DNA of 64,000 nucleotides from an uncultured Nitrospiraceae bacterium (GTDB taxonomy: Bacteria > Nitrospirota > Nitrospiria > Nitrospirales > Nitrospiraceae): the NCBI GenBank assembly GCA_963730935.1, contig CAVSTP010000004.1:1757091-1821090 (forward strand), read 5' to 3'. Under the pieces are notes generated by a model. It was given only the letters and a program-made list of their open reading frames with translations, had not been told where the DNA came from and did not search any database. Every line of letters starts with the position of its first letter. The stretch's first letter is position 1. Shown here in pieces: positions 21,437-31,944 of this stretch. The translations under genes and the position numbers were made by a program.

Positions 21437-21835
21437 CTAGATCTGACCTGGCGCTAATAGCGCAACGAGGTCCTCCGGAGCGCCCCGCCCCGACTTCACC
21501 AATAGATAGCGCGACTGAGCATAAGAGAAAAACGCGTTACGGCGATCTTGGGGGACGCCCAACAATGCGCTGAGCGAGGTTAGATATTCACCGCCGCCTT
21601 TGGCCATGTCCTGCTTTACGTTTTCAAAATTGAAGGCCACGAAGGCGATCACCTTTTGGTCTGCTTTTAGGACTCCGTCCTCGGTAAACCAACTACTCGG
21701 AGTTGTGGAGGAGAGAAAATCACTCGTCGAGCCGACAATTTTACCTACAGTCTCAGTCACAGTGCAGGCGGAAAAGGTCATGCACAGTAGTCCGGCCAGA
21801 ACAAGATGTCTGATGATGAGTGATCTCTCTCGCAT
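21437..21835 (-). CDS. DUF3015 family lipoprotein
   Basis: TFSAC lipobox; FVAFNFENVKQDMAKGGGEYLTSLSALLGV. Confidence 0.8.
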   Translation of the reverse strand: MRERSLIIRHLVLAGLLCMTFSACTVTETVGKIVGSTSDFLSSTTPSSWFTEDGVLKADQKVIAFVAFNFENVKQDMAKGGGEYLTSLSALLGVPQDRRNAFFSYAQSRYLLVKSGRGAPEDLVALLAPGQI

Positions 21836-22262
21836 AAGATCCTCCTTCTCAAGAATCAGGGTGGACTGATTCCGAGCCATTCGAAAGCCTCTTCCGGCGT
21901 AACAGGTGTGGAACTCTACGTCAATCCTCGAAGGATGGATACTGTCAAGATTGACACTGCCAAAACTGACAGTTGTAACAATATACAGAGTCCTAGGACT
22001 GGCTTACTTACTCATTTTGAAGTCAGGCATGATCGTTGCCTTGTCGCGAACGCCTAAGTCCAATTCCTACCCGAGAAAATTTCCGTATACCTCGAGCTGG
22101 TCACGCGATTACGGGGAGCCTTTCCACGACATCGTGCGGCAACAGTGGACGTTTGGTCTCCAAGGAAGTACCTGCGAAATTGAAGATCACTACGTGGAAC
22201 TGCCGCCTATTTTCGTTCATAGCCCTGCTGTTGGTAATCATTGATGCAGTCACGTTCGATGC

Positions 22263-22397
22263 ATGGCTGTGTATCAACAAGGATTGTTAGCCCTAGACAA
22301 GATGCGGCGAAATGGAAATCAACGGATCATGGTTCAATATGTGAATGTGAGCGATGGTAGTCAGGCGGTAATTGGGAATGTCGAGAGTAGAAGTTAA
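22263..22397 (+). pseudogene. C-terminal remnant of an island/prophage protein
   Basis: YQQGLLALDKMRRNGNQRIMVQYVNVSDGSQAVIGNV resembles a C-terminus seen in integrative-element proteins; ends 5 nt before repeat C. Confidence 0.5.
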
Positions 22398-22402
22398 CGC
22401 TT

Positions 22403-22534
22403 TGACCTGCGGTTTACGAATTTCAGAAAGTCCAATCTTAGACACCTAACCCACAAGAAACCACAAAGGAGGCAGCCCCTGATGTGGCTACAGATGGGCC
22501 TGAGTTGTCCTGTCCTGGTAGCAGCGTGGTAGCA
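22403..22534 (+). repeat. ~130-bp att/arm-like repeat, copy C
   Basis: TGACCTGCGGTTTACGAATTTC...TGTCCTGTCCTGGTAGCAGCGTGGTAGCA. Confidence 0.88.
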
Positions 22535-23071
22535 GGTGAAAAGGCGATTTTGAAGGAGTGACCTTTTCTCTAGGTCACACCCTTTCTACCTTGAAAAAAA
22601 AGACGGAGACCCAGACCATGACAATCCCAAAGACGCGATTGATGAGGGCGAGGTCGTGTGTGGTGCCGGGATTATAGAGATGAGCACAAATTATGAGCAC
22701 GGTACAGCCACCGCCAATGCTCATCGTCAAATGCTTGATGTGTGACCAGCGGGTAAGCCCGAGCGGACCAGATATAACGTCCAGACAGTAATTTCAGACT
22801 GAGTGAGCATATCCAAAACGAATACAACTGCCTGATCGTTTTCCTGCGTCTGCTCCATATGCAGTCGTCTCGCTGTTTAGGGGCATGATGCACAGCCTGT
22901 CATAGGGGAATCAATAGGACCAAATGGGGTAAGGAAATACGTGCATTTAACGTGCATCAACTGGGCTCCGGAGCCATGCAACGAGCATCGTGCGATTAAC
23001 TCCGAATTGTTACCTTGCTGGCTGGATCAGAGTATCCCGAGCCAGTGCTAGTCCAGAGAGGGCTTTTTGAC

Positions 23072-24568
23072 TCAGAATCGCAGTGTCATATCGACGCCGA
23101 CCATCGTCATCGCCTTTTCCGTACCGAGATCAAACGCTCCTCTGTTGAAGTTGCGATAGTAGCCGACTTCGGGGCGAATCATAACGACATCGTTCAGCTG
23201 ATGGCTCAACCCGAGGCTGCCGCTGTAGTAGTGGCCTGCGAACCCTGATCGCGTCCCATGCTCGTCCCTCCACCACTCGTTCCGTACCGTGATATAGTCT
23301 CGCTCAGAAATTTGAAACATTGTGTAGTTGACGACCCCATAGGTTAGGGACAGGCCCGGTACGGTCGCCCCGATTCCGCCCCCGCCACCGAACGAGCGCG
23401 CCGGACCGATGCTGGGAGAGCCACCCACCGCCGCATCACGCTCCCACATATAATATCCCTCCGTCTTCGTATGAATTTCCCGTGTGAACCGGTGCTGCCA
23501 TGTGCCCACAATGTAATTGAAATTAGTGTGTCCGAACGCCTGACCATCGAGTTCAAAATAGCGGTACTTCGCATTATTGATGGCGTTCAGGACTAAATAG
23601 AACGAATCGTTGTTATCCAAGGCCACCCAGCGCACGCCGACCATGCCTGTCGGAGTGGCGCCTTGATACCATGGGGCCATGTCCGTACCCGCATGCACGC
23701 CACCTTGGACGGTCCACTGCGGATTGAGCATGATGGTCGCCATCGCGCCCGTTTGGGTGTAGGTGTCATAGGTAAATAGGAGGGAGTGTGTTCCCAAGTA
23801 ATTGTCGGGGGCAAATTGCGTTTCAATATCGGGCGTCGCGACCCAGCGGCCCACGCGGAGCACCAACCCCTGGGCAACACCGGGAATATAGGTATCCATG
23901 TAGAGTTCGCTGGGATCAAACCCATAGCGGGCATTGTGCTTGGCGTATTGGTTGTACAGCCAACCCCCGGCCGTCATATATCTGTAGTCAATGCCGTACA
24001 GCCCTGTGGCGCGGAATCCGAAGTCGACGTGATCGGTTCGTACGGTGTCCACCTCGCGCTCGATGCGGAACACAGCCTGATTTAACACGATGGAGTTGGG
24101 CATGATCCAATAAGACGTTGGCATATTGGAATTCTTGTTGGTGCTCCAGTTATACGAGCCGTTAATCCACCCGTATGTCCTGATCCTGTTTGATGTGAGA
24201 AAGTCTCCAAACGGCGCGTCTTTGAGGGCCCTCTGCAATGGGTATTCTTTCGTGCTGAGTGGAAGGCCGAGGACCGGCGCGCCTTGGTATTCCGACATGG
24301 GAAAAGGCGGCGCATCCCACGGAGACGGCAACGCCCGGCGAGGCAATTGTTCCGAAGCTGGAGCCGTACCCTTGAATTCATCTGCATAGGCATCAAAGAG
24401 TCTATTGCCCAACCAGGAAGGCACTTGATCTGTTTTCGCTTCAGTCTTTTGAGCACCTGCCATGGACGACATCGCCCACATGGCCACCGCCGCGCATGTA
24501 CTTGCCAGCACCAGTGGTCCAAGGGCCATAGAATCCGTTTCCAGCAATTGTTGGTGATCGATAGGCAA
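23072..24568 (-). CDS. outer-membrane beta-barrel porin (DUF1597/OmpL-like)
   Basis: Signal-like N-terminus, aromatic-rich strands, IRPEVGYY, C-terminal Phe; start uncertain. Confidence 0.75.
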   Translation of the reverse strand: MPIDHQQLLETDSMALGPLVLASTCAAVAMWAMSSMAGAQKTEAKTDQVPSWLGNRLFDAYADEFKGTAPASEQLPRRALPSPWDAPPFPMSEYQGAPVLGLPLSTKEYPLQRALKDAPFGDFLTSNRIRTYGWINGSYNWSTNKNSNMPTSYWIMPNSIVLNQAVFRIEREVDTVRTDHVDFGFRATGLYGIDYRYMTAGGWLYNQYAKHNARYGFDPSELYMDTYIPGVAQGLVLRVGRWVATPDIETQFAPDNYLGTHSLLFTYDTYTQTGAMATIMLNPQWTVQGGVHAGTDMAPWYQGATPTGMVGVRWVALDNNDSFYLVLNAINNAKYRYFELDGQAFGHTNFNYIVGTWQHRFTREIHTKTEGYYMWERDAAVGGSPSIGPARSFGGGGGIGATVPGLSLTYGVVNYTMFQISERDYITVRNEWWRDEHGTRSGFAGHYYSGSLGLSHQLNDVVMIRPEVGYYRNFNRGAFDLGTEKAMTMVGVDMTLRF

Positions 24569-24865
24569 CTGATGACTGTATCTGAGGCTGTGTTAAAACA
24601 GTGTTTATCCCGCAGCGTGCCCCATCAAAATTTCATAAAAAATCATCTCTAGGAGTGTGGCCTGCCAACGGTGGGACGCACTATCGAGCTCGTGACTCGT
24701 GGAGCGAATGTTGCTTGGCGGATGCACTCAAGAACTTCAGTTGGTGACGTTCACATGAAAGGTGGCTTTTTGCTGAAGGGTAGCGTGGAGATTTGAGCGG
24801 AAGAGTAAATGAACTTCTCTTCACTGAGTACGATGTCAATGCCAGGAGTGCCGAGCGGAAGAGAG

Positions 24866-26668
24866 TTACCTGATAAGCTGAAAAGGGACGTCTGTCAGGA
24901 CAACACGATCCTTGAAAAGAAGGGCGGTTTTTAACAGCAGGGCGCGCTGACTATGTAGCAGATTCTGCCACCACCTCGCTGGCAAGATCTCGGGTACGAC
25001 CACCGTGACCCAACACTCAGGGTCTTTCTCTAAATGCTCCTCAATATAGGCAATGAGTGTTCTCAGAACAGAATGTTGTATTGCTGGCACCACAACTAAG
25101 GGAACACCGCAGCCCCACTGTGCCCATCGTGTTTCTATAACGGCTGTCTCTTCCCGGTTCATATCGACAAGCACCGCACGAACATTGCCACCTTGGCTTC
25201 GCGCATAATCCACTGCACGCACGACCGCTCCATTCACACCGCCAATCGGGATGAGCGTCAAGCTCCGACGAGGCCGAAGTGGACGGGCATTGCGGGTTAA
25301 AGCCACTTGTTCGCTCGTCGCGATGTAGTGGGAATGGATAGCCTGAAACATCAGAATCAAGAGAGGCAGCAGTAAGACCACGATCCAAGCACCTTGTGTG
25401 AACTTGGTGCTCGCGATGATGACGGTGGCAGTCGCCGTCGCGAATGCTCCAATGCCATTTATGGTAAATTTGTGCCTCCACCCTGGTCCTTGCTTCGTTA
25501 GCCAGCGTTTGACCATCCCCGTCTGGGAGAGCGTGAAGGAGAGAAAGACGCCGACCGCATACAAAGGAATGAGCGCGTGAGTCTCGCCTCGAAACAACAC
25601 AATGAGCAAGCAGGATAAGCTACCCAAAATGATGATCCCGTTGGAGAACACCAGACGATCGCCCAGACAGGCCATCTGATGCGGCATATAGCCATCCTGG
25701 GCCAAGATACACGCTAAGCGCGGAAACCCGGCGAACGCGCTATTCGCCGCGAGGAGCAGGATTAACATGGTTGCACTCTGAATGAGGTAATAGAAGAATC
25801 CTTCGCCAAAGGTGAGCCGAGCGATCTGTGAGACCACAGTTTCATCATCCTTCGGCAGCACACCGAGCTGGAACGCCAAGATACTAATGCCCACGAACAA
25901 AGCTGCGAGAATTGCGGCCATGGCTAGCATCGTGAGCGCAGCATTCTTGGCCTCTGGCGCCTTGAAAGCCGAGACTCCATTAGAAATCACTTCGATGCCT
26001 GTTAAGGCGGTACATCCCGAAGCAAAAGCCCGTAGGATAAGGAACAAACTCATTGCGTCGACCGCTTGTCGGGCCGGCATCACAACAGCAGATTGATTAT
26101 GGCTTTGGGCCAGCCCAACGCCGATCATGAGAATGAACGACGCGATAAACACATAGGTTGGCACTGCAAAGATTCGGCCGGATTCACGGACTCCGCGTAG
26201 GTTCAGAAACATGACACTTGCTATGGCGGCAATGCACAGTGCTTCACGGTACGGAAACAAGCCTGGAACTGCAGAAGTGAGGGCGGCAATGCCGGCAGCG
26301 GTGCTAACGGCCACTGTGAGAATGTAATCAATGATGAGGGCTGCTGCTGCCGTGAGTCCTGCCCACGAGCCAAGATTTGACCTCGCCACAATATAGGCTC
26401 CACCTCCGGCCGGATATTCAAGAATGATTTGTTGATACGAGAGGGTCAGAATGATGAGAAGTAGGACGATCGCGAGACTGATGGGGACTGACCACGTCAC
26501 CGCGGCTGTGCCCGCCAGTACTAAAATAAGTAGGATTTCCTCCGTGGCATAGGCGACGGAGGATAGTGCATCGGACGAAAAAACGGCTAAGGCAATACGC
26601 TTGGATAGACGTTCATGCGCAGCCTGCGCGGTTTTGAGGGGATCGCCTAACAGCCAACGTTTTATCAA
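24866..26668 (-). CDS. APC family permease (KimA/YdaO-like, probable K+ transporter)
   Basis: FSSDALSSVAYATEE, GGGAY, GCTALTGIEVISNG, LIPLYAVGVF, PEILPARWWQNLLH. Confidence 0.88.
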   Translation of the reverse strand: MIKRWLLGDPLKTAQAAHERLSKRIALAVFSSDALSSVAYATEEILLILVLAGTAAVTWSVPISLAIVLLLIILTLSYQQIILEYPAGGGAYIVARSNLGSWAGLTAAAALIIDYILTVAVSTAAGIAALTSAVPGLFPYREALCIAAIASVMFLNLRGVRESGRIFAVPTYVFIASFILMIGVGLAQSHNQSAVVMPARQAVDAMSLFLILRAFASGCTALTGIEVISNGVSAFKAPEAKNAALTMLAMAAILAALFVGISILAFQLGVLPKDDETVVSQIARLTFGEGFFYYLIQSATMLILLLAANSAFAGFPRLACILAQDGYMPHQMACLGDRLVFSNGIIILGSLSCLLIVLFRGETHALIPLYAVGVFLSFTLSQTGMVKRWLTKQGPGWRHKFTINGIGAFATATATVIIASTKFTQGAWIVVLLLPLLILMFQAIHSHYIATSEQVALTRNARPLRPRRSLTLIPIGGVNGAVVRAVDYARSQGGNVRAVLVDMNREETAVIETRWAQWGCGVPLVVVPAIQHSVLRTLIAYIEEHLEKDPECWVTVVVPEILPARWWQNLLHSQRALLLKTALLFKDRVVLTDVPFQLIR

Positions 26669-26914
26669 GATGGCCCCCGTTGGCTGAGCACTGTACCGAA
26701 CCAGATATTAATACTGTGTAAAAAGCGCACTTCTTCTTATTAAAAGGCACCTACATCTCGTTACCAGCGATGGGTTATTACCGGGCGAAATGCAGCTACG
26801 CATACGGAGAGCCTGCGCTTGAAGATTTGTCGCAACAAAAAGAGGAGTAAGAGGCACGGATCCCTTGCAGGCCACCGGTTTCAAGATCAGTCTCTTGTCA
26901 TAAGCTGCAGTGGC

Positions 26915-27130
26915 CTAGGCGGGCAATACTGCTGCGATCACCGTTCGGATCGTTCTTAGTAGCCGCCATTTCCGACCTACCGTCCGAGGCTGTGCAGCAT
27001 GAAGCAAACACACAGCCGATCCTTCACGGATGGTGGTGGCAACGCTGGAACAGTGAGAACACGTCCACTCCGTATACTCAGCCCTATTGTTCATAACGCT
27101 AAGCCCCCTCTCTTGAGCCAGTACCGCCAC
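26915..27130 (-). CDS. small Cys-containing hypothetical protein
   Basis: CSHC...CLLH; no family recognised. Confidence 0.3.
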   Translation of the reverse strand: MAVLAQERGLSVMNNRAEYTEWTCSHCSSVATTIREGSAVCLLHAAQPRTVGRKWRLLRTIRTVIAAVLPA

Positions 27131-27404
27131 AATCCTCGCAAACCCGCGCCACTGCGGTTCTGCTCCCTACGGGCAATTTTCCGAAAACCGATATCCTAAA
27201 GCTTCAGCGTGTGAAGAAGATTAGCAAGAGTACTATTGAAATCCCGCCGGGGCCAATGAAAAGGCATTCATGAAGGGGGGTGGGGTCGTAAAATTTCCCC
27301 CCGGGGTCACCTAGAAATGCTACACGGGAAAAACAAACGTTCGGTATCCAGGAGGCACCCACGAACCACGCACTACAAGCTTCGTAGTCGTGTTATTCGC
27401 ATGT

Positions 27405-28691
27405 TCAAAGTGTCGGAATGTCTTCTTCAGCCATTGGCGAACTTAGTGCTCGTAATTCCAGCCCTTCTATCTCTTGTAACGTTCTGCCCGCAATACCTTG
27501 GAGATCCCCATACATACCGACCGTCGCTTGCATCACTCGATTTATCTGTTCTTCTCGCTTGGCCCATTGTTTTATAATCGCTTTTTTTTCTTTATTGAGA
27601 TCCTCTTGCATAGAGGAGAAGGACTCGACGATGGCTTCAACTCGATGGCGGAAGCGGGGACCCGTCAGGTATTGATAGATCATCTCGGTCTTGGTTTGCC
27701 GACCTTCAGACGCCTGCCGCGCGCAGTTCACTTCAATCAACAAATGTCGCAGAGCAATGGCAACAGGTATGATCGCTCTGGGGTGTGTGACCCAAACGCC
27801 TTCGACAAGTTCGAATGTCTCTATACCTTTAGGCAAAGCATGACTGACAATTACAGCAATTTCAGCCTTTGAAATCCGTTGATCGTCACGAAGTTTAGAG
27901 AGCCAACTATCGCTCCAATTTTTTGTCCGTTTCGTTTCCCAAAGAATCGTACCACAAGGTTGTCCAGACAGACCCACAACATGATGGAGCGCATCGCCAC
28001 CATGCTCGCCTTTTGGAACAGGACTAATCATGTCTAATGGGAATTTGACAGTTAGCAAGGACTCAAGTTCTAGTTCTTGGACTTCTCCTTGAAGTTGCTG
28101 AGAACCCTGCTCGGCCTTGCGCATCAGTTCTTCAATCTGTTTCTGCATTGAGGCGATCGTTTGCTCTTTTTCAAAAACTTTGAGTTTAAGCCCCTCCTCG
28201 GCTTCTTTCTTGGCCTGTTCTCGTATGGCAGAGAGCCCTTCATGGACTCGTTTTTCAACCGTCAGATCAATTTCTCTCTTCGCATCGTCCAACTCACGCT
28301 GCTTTCTAAGCAGATCGGCTTGTGCTTTCTGAGCCTCGGCTAGTTTGGCATCGCGTTGGGTGAGAACTTCATGCAGATCGGTAATTTCTTTTGCCTGTAG
28401 ATCGAGATCGTGTTGTAACGCGACTTTTGCTTTTCTTGCTTCTTCGGCCGCGATCCTGCCGCGCTCCGCTCGGACTTTTTCGTCAACCTGTTCATCGAGG
28501 TGCTCTCTTGCTTTTACGATTGCGTCCTCTCGCCCACGAATCCCGGCTTCACGCTTGGCGATATCAATGTCCTTTTGAGTGAGACGTTTCTCATATTCAT
28601 GGCGGGTGGATTCAAGAAGCGGTGCGGCGAGGGACTCTGTCAGCCTGATTTCCGTCTTGCAAGAAGGGCAGATGATGGTTGGTTCGTTCAT
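27405..28691 (-). CDS. DUF2130 domain coiled-coil protein
   Basis: ICPSC N-terminus, GSQQLQGEVQELELE, ILWETKRTKNWS. Confidence 0.9.
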   Translation of the reverse strand: MNEPTIICPSCKTEIRLTESLAAPLLESTRHEYEKRLTQKDIDIAKREAGIRGREDAIVKAREHLDEQVDEKVRAERGRIAAEEARKAKVALQHDLDLQAKEITDLHEVLTQRDAKLAEAQKAQADLLRKQRELDDAKREIDLTVEKRVHEGLSAIREQAKKEAEEGLKLKVFEKEQTIASMQKQIEELMRKAEQGSQQLQGEVQELELESLLTVKFPLDMISPVPKGEHGGDALHHVVGLSGQPCGTILWETKRTKNWSDSWLSKLRDDQRISKAEIAVIVSHALPKGIETFELVEGVWVTHPRAIIPVAIALRHLLIEVNCARQASEGRQTKTEMIYQYLTGPRFRHRVEAIVESFSSMQEDLNKEKKAIIKQWAKREEQINRVMQATVGMYGDLQGIAGRTLQEIEGLELRALSSPMAEEDIPTL

Positions 28692-28951
28692 AGCGTGTAC
28701 CTCTCCCTATTTTCCACAAAAGCGGGAAAACAGGCCATATTGAGCCCCATTATATAGGGGTTCCATGTTCTGTCAATACGACATGTGGTAGTACATGCAG
28801 CTACAGTGAGGATGCTGGGGGATAACAAGCAAGAATGTAAGTTTCTAAATGAAGCCAACGGCTTGCAGGATAAGATTGCGCGTTTATAAGCGATGAAACC
28901 CGAAGCTCAAGGCCGAGGAAACCAGGAAGAAGGATTGACCTCAACACTTCT

Positions 28952-29249
28952 TAGTCAACATTGAAAGCTTGGTATCCCCAATAGGAACATGAGCCTTTCA
29001 ATGCCGCATCTCGCCCATCTCGTCATCCCCTTTTCAGGAGAAATTAGGATGGCAGCCTGAAGAAGGGATTGGCCACTAATCTATGGGTAGAATCATCTCT
29101 CAGTATGAGCTGAGTGACCTGCCGGTTTACGAATTTCCAAAACTCCAACCTCAGACAACCTAACCCCACAAGAAACAACAAATCAGGATACTCCCGACCT
29201 GGCGCCTGATGGGGCTGAGTTGTCCTGTCCGGGTAGCAGCGTGGTAGCA
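28952..29249 (+). repeat. compound repeat D: att core, 29-aa tail ending AA*, 130-bp arm repeat
   Basis: TAGTCAACATTGAAAGCTTGGTATCCCCAATAGGA; 28971-29060 encodes GIPNRNMSLSMPHLAHLVIPFSGEIRMAA*; arm repeat 29115-29249. Confidence 0.88.
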
Positions 29250-29301
29250 GATGGACTTAGTGAGATAGAGGATGAATCTGGGGAAAAACGTAGAGCGTGG
29301 T

Positions 29302-29344
29302 GTACTCTCGTTTTAGGACGTGTAGTGCCCTAAAACGGGAGTGC
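29302..29344 (-). terminator. long hairpin downstream of the FadL-like gene
   Basis: GTACTCTCGTTTTAGG...CCTAAAACGGGAGTGC inverted repeat. Confidence 0.45.
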
Positions 29345-29383
29345 GGACAACTTTCAAACGACGTTCCTCTCCTTCTCCGATCG

Positions 29384-30901
29384 TCAGGCTGCTAGCTTCC
29401 GCTCACCCCAGATGAAACTCACCTGGAAGAAGTTCACGTAGCTCGTCGGAAACTGTCCCGCGACCGCGCCTGCCAAGGGTCCGCGATTTTGGTTCACGGA
29501 TAAGTCCCCGCCATAGGCCAATTCATAGCTGAACGCGACGTTGAGTTTGGGACTGGCTTGCCACTCTGCGCCCAGACCGAATCGGAATTGCTGGCCAACC
29601 GGCAGGGACACCGTATAGTTCTTGTTCGGAATCATAGAACTATCCCAGGCAAAGCCGGTATTGAGGAGCCAGGCCTGATTGATCTGATAGCGGTTTCCCA
29701 GCGCCACATGATAGGTATCCTGGTAATTGAGTGAGGTGGTTGTGCTTATCGTTGCGGGGGTGCCCGTCAGGCCAATTTCCACCTTGCCGAACTGACTCCA
29801 GTTCTGCCAGCCGAAATCCAGCATCATCGCCCAGCGATCCGTAAATTCGTGGTATGAACTCACCATCACTGATTGCGGTACTGTGACGCCCAGGTCAAGC
29901 TCATGGTTCAACTGCCCGCGGTTTTGGAGAGCGGTTCCAATGGCACCCGACAACCCGGTGAAGGCGGGGGTGGCTGCGAAATTAAGTTTCACCTGGGAAT
30001 AATAGGTGACACCGAATCTGGTGCCCTTTCTGGGTTCGTAGAGCAGCCCGACATTTCCTCCTCCTCCGACGGTGGTGTCGTTCATTGCCATGTTCCCATC
30101 CGGGGCGTTGGGGTTAAGGATTGTATCCCGGTTGTTAATGGCGGCACTGTAGTTCAGATACCCGATCATGACGTTGGCTGCGACCCCGATTGACCATTGC
30201 TCATTAATGCGATAGCTAAGTCCTGGCATGACGCTAAGGCCGAGCAGAGTGTTATTCAAGGCGTAATAGCGGCCGACCCAGCCGGAGTCGTAACTCATGG
30301 CGAGTCCAAAATTCGAAAAGATGCCGAGTCCGATTTTGAAATCTTCCCCTAGACCGTGCACATAAAACATGCTCAAGGCCGGAAGGACGCCGATCGGATT
30401 ACCGCCGCTGTTTCCATCCACCGTCGTTCCGGCGGTGGGAGAGAAGGCGACTCCCGCCTGCAGCAATTGCGCTCCACCCTGAAACTGGTTGCCTTCGAGC
30501 CGGCTCATGCCGGCGGGATTCTTGAGCAGCGTCGCGGGATCCTGCGCGCGGGCGGCCCAGCCGGCGCTGGCCAGACCGACATCTGCCGTCGCGATCTCGT
30601 AGAGCGAGAGGCCGCCTGCTTCGGCCGTGGATATGAAAAATGTGATGAGGCTGCAGACGGTCAGCACAAATCTTGTTGCTCGTGATTTCATGCTCGGACG
30701 TCTTCTGGATGAGCGGCATTCCCCCAGCCCAATCCTAAGACGGGCCCCCAGCCCACACGTTGGTGGTTGGCGGGCTTGCAACCCCACCGCTAAGTGCATT
30801 GTTGTACCGGCCTCGTTGCGAACGCATGGCGCGCCGATTCTGGTGACAGGAAGTCTTCCATACGGACGTTTTGCCATCGAAGTGATGGTGTTCATCAGCA
30901 T
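29384..30901 (-). CDS. FadL/OmpP1 outer-membrane transporter for hydrophobic compounds
   Basis: GLASAGWAARAQDPAT..NPAGM motif; signal peptide from M at 30691, AGGAGG RBS before 30901 (start ambiguous). Confidence 0.88.
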   Translation of the reverse strand: MLMNTITSMAKRPYGRLPVTRIGAPCVRNEAGTTMHLAVGLQARQPPTCGLGARLRIGLGECRSSRRRPSMKSRATRFVLTVCSLITFFISTAEAGGLSLYEIATADVGLASAGWAARAQDPATLLKNPAGMSRLEGNQFQGGAQLLQAGVAFSPTAGTTVDGNSGGNPIGVLPALSMFYVHGLGEDFKIGLGIFSNFGLAMSYDSGWVGRYYALNNTLLGLSVMPGLSYRINEQWSIGVAANVMIGYLNYSAAINNRDTILNPNAPDGNMAMNDTTVGGGGNVGLLYEPRKGTRFGVTYYSQVKLNFAATPAFTGLSGAIGTALQNRGQLNHELDLGVTVPQSVMVSSYHEFTDRWAMMLDFGWQNWSQFGKVEIGLTGTPATISTTTSLNYQDTYHVALGNRYQINQAWLLNTGFAWDSSMIPNKNYTVSLPVGQQFRFGLGAEWQASPKLNVAFSYELAYGGDLSVNQNRGPLAGAVAGQFPTSYVNFFQVSFIWGERKLAA

Positions 30902-31671
30902 CAGCCTCCTTTGTTTTGTGAATCGTCGTCCTTGTGTTCCAGAGGACTGTATAGGCTATATAGCTTAAGGTTTGTCGTCTCGGAACGGTTCACCACATTA
31001 TGTCTCGTACCTGCCGGAATGCCGACCCGTCTGAGACGGCCTGTGCCTTGCCATCGAAAATGATAGAACCTTCGCCGGCCTCAAAACGTTTGAACCGCTG
31101 GAATGATACGTGTGTCTCTTAGCAAAATCGAGGGATACTATCGTGGCTTAAGAAGTGGCAGAACTATTTCGCCCGATGTGGTTCCATCGGTTATTCATCT
31201 GTATTTGACTTTTCTGTAATTGGATTGAAAAGAAACCGATCGAGCCTGATAGCGGTCTTAGTCTGGAGTGGAATGTTTTCAAATCTCGCACCTCCGAAAC
31301 AACACCTTTGTTGCTGCTGTGCTGCAGGGCAAACATGGGAAGCCGCGTGTGGCCCGTGGGGAGGGTGCGCCGATTAGGTAACGGTCAGACTTCGGAGGGA
31401 CGGTCGACTATAGTCGGCAACTGGGTGGCCAGCGCGACGAGCTGCAGTCAAATTCAAGGATGCGAAAACGCAAAGTCTGGTGGGGTTGCAGTCTTCTGGG
31501 GTGAAGGAAATTTTCAAAGCTGAATACAAAGCTGGGATGGTGACAACGGCGCCAACCGACGCTCCTGCGCAGCCGGCGGCGACCGCTGCGCCTGCTCTCA
31601 AGTAATGAGCGTATCTGTGGATCAGCGCGGAGCAGCCCGGATGGATGGCGTCATATGGTTCATTGGTCCGC

Positions 31672-31767
31672 TGTCCTGTTAGCAGCGTGGGAGCAAACTG
31701 GGGAGTGTAAGGCTGCCAGATTTGAAAACACTACGGCCCCGAGACTATGGGGCCTGATCAGCAGACA
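31672..31767 (+). repeat. degenerate right part of the arm repeat plus the extension shared with copy B
   Basis: TGTCCTGTTAGCAGCGTGGGAGCA and AGATTTGAAAACACT...CGAGACTAT..GATCAG match 21250-21343. Confidence 0.7.
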
Positions 31768-31944
31768 CTGTTTCGGTGTCCATCCCTTTCAGATGACTTC
31801 AACGGAGGGCATAGGCGGGTCCCTTTTGGAAGCAAAACGCTCTCACTGACTCTACTGTAAACAGAAGTAATGTGTGGTGTGGCAAGCCGAAAATGCTGAG
31901 GATTTTGCCGGTGTCAACGCCGGACGTTCAACCCGAAAATGTCG

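Noticed and set aside
31308..31605. Gene between the FadL-like and patatin genes
   Set aside because: Only short frames of no recognisable family; probably a remnant.
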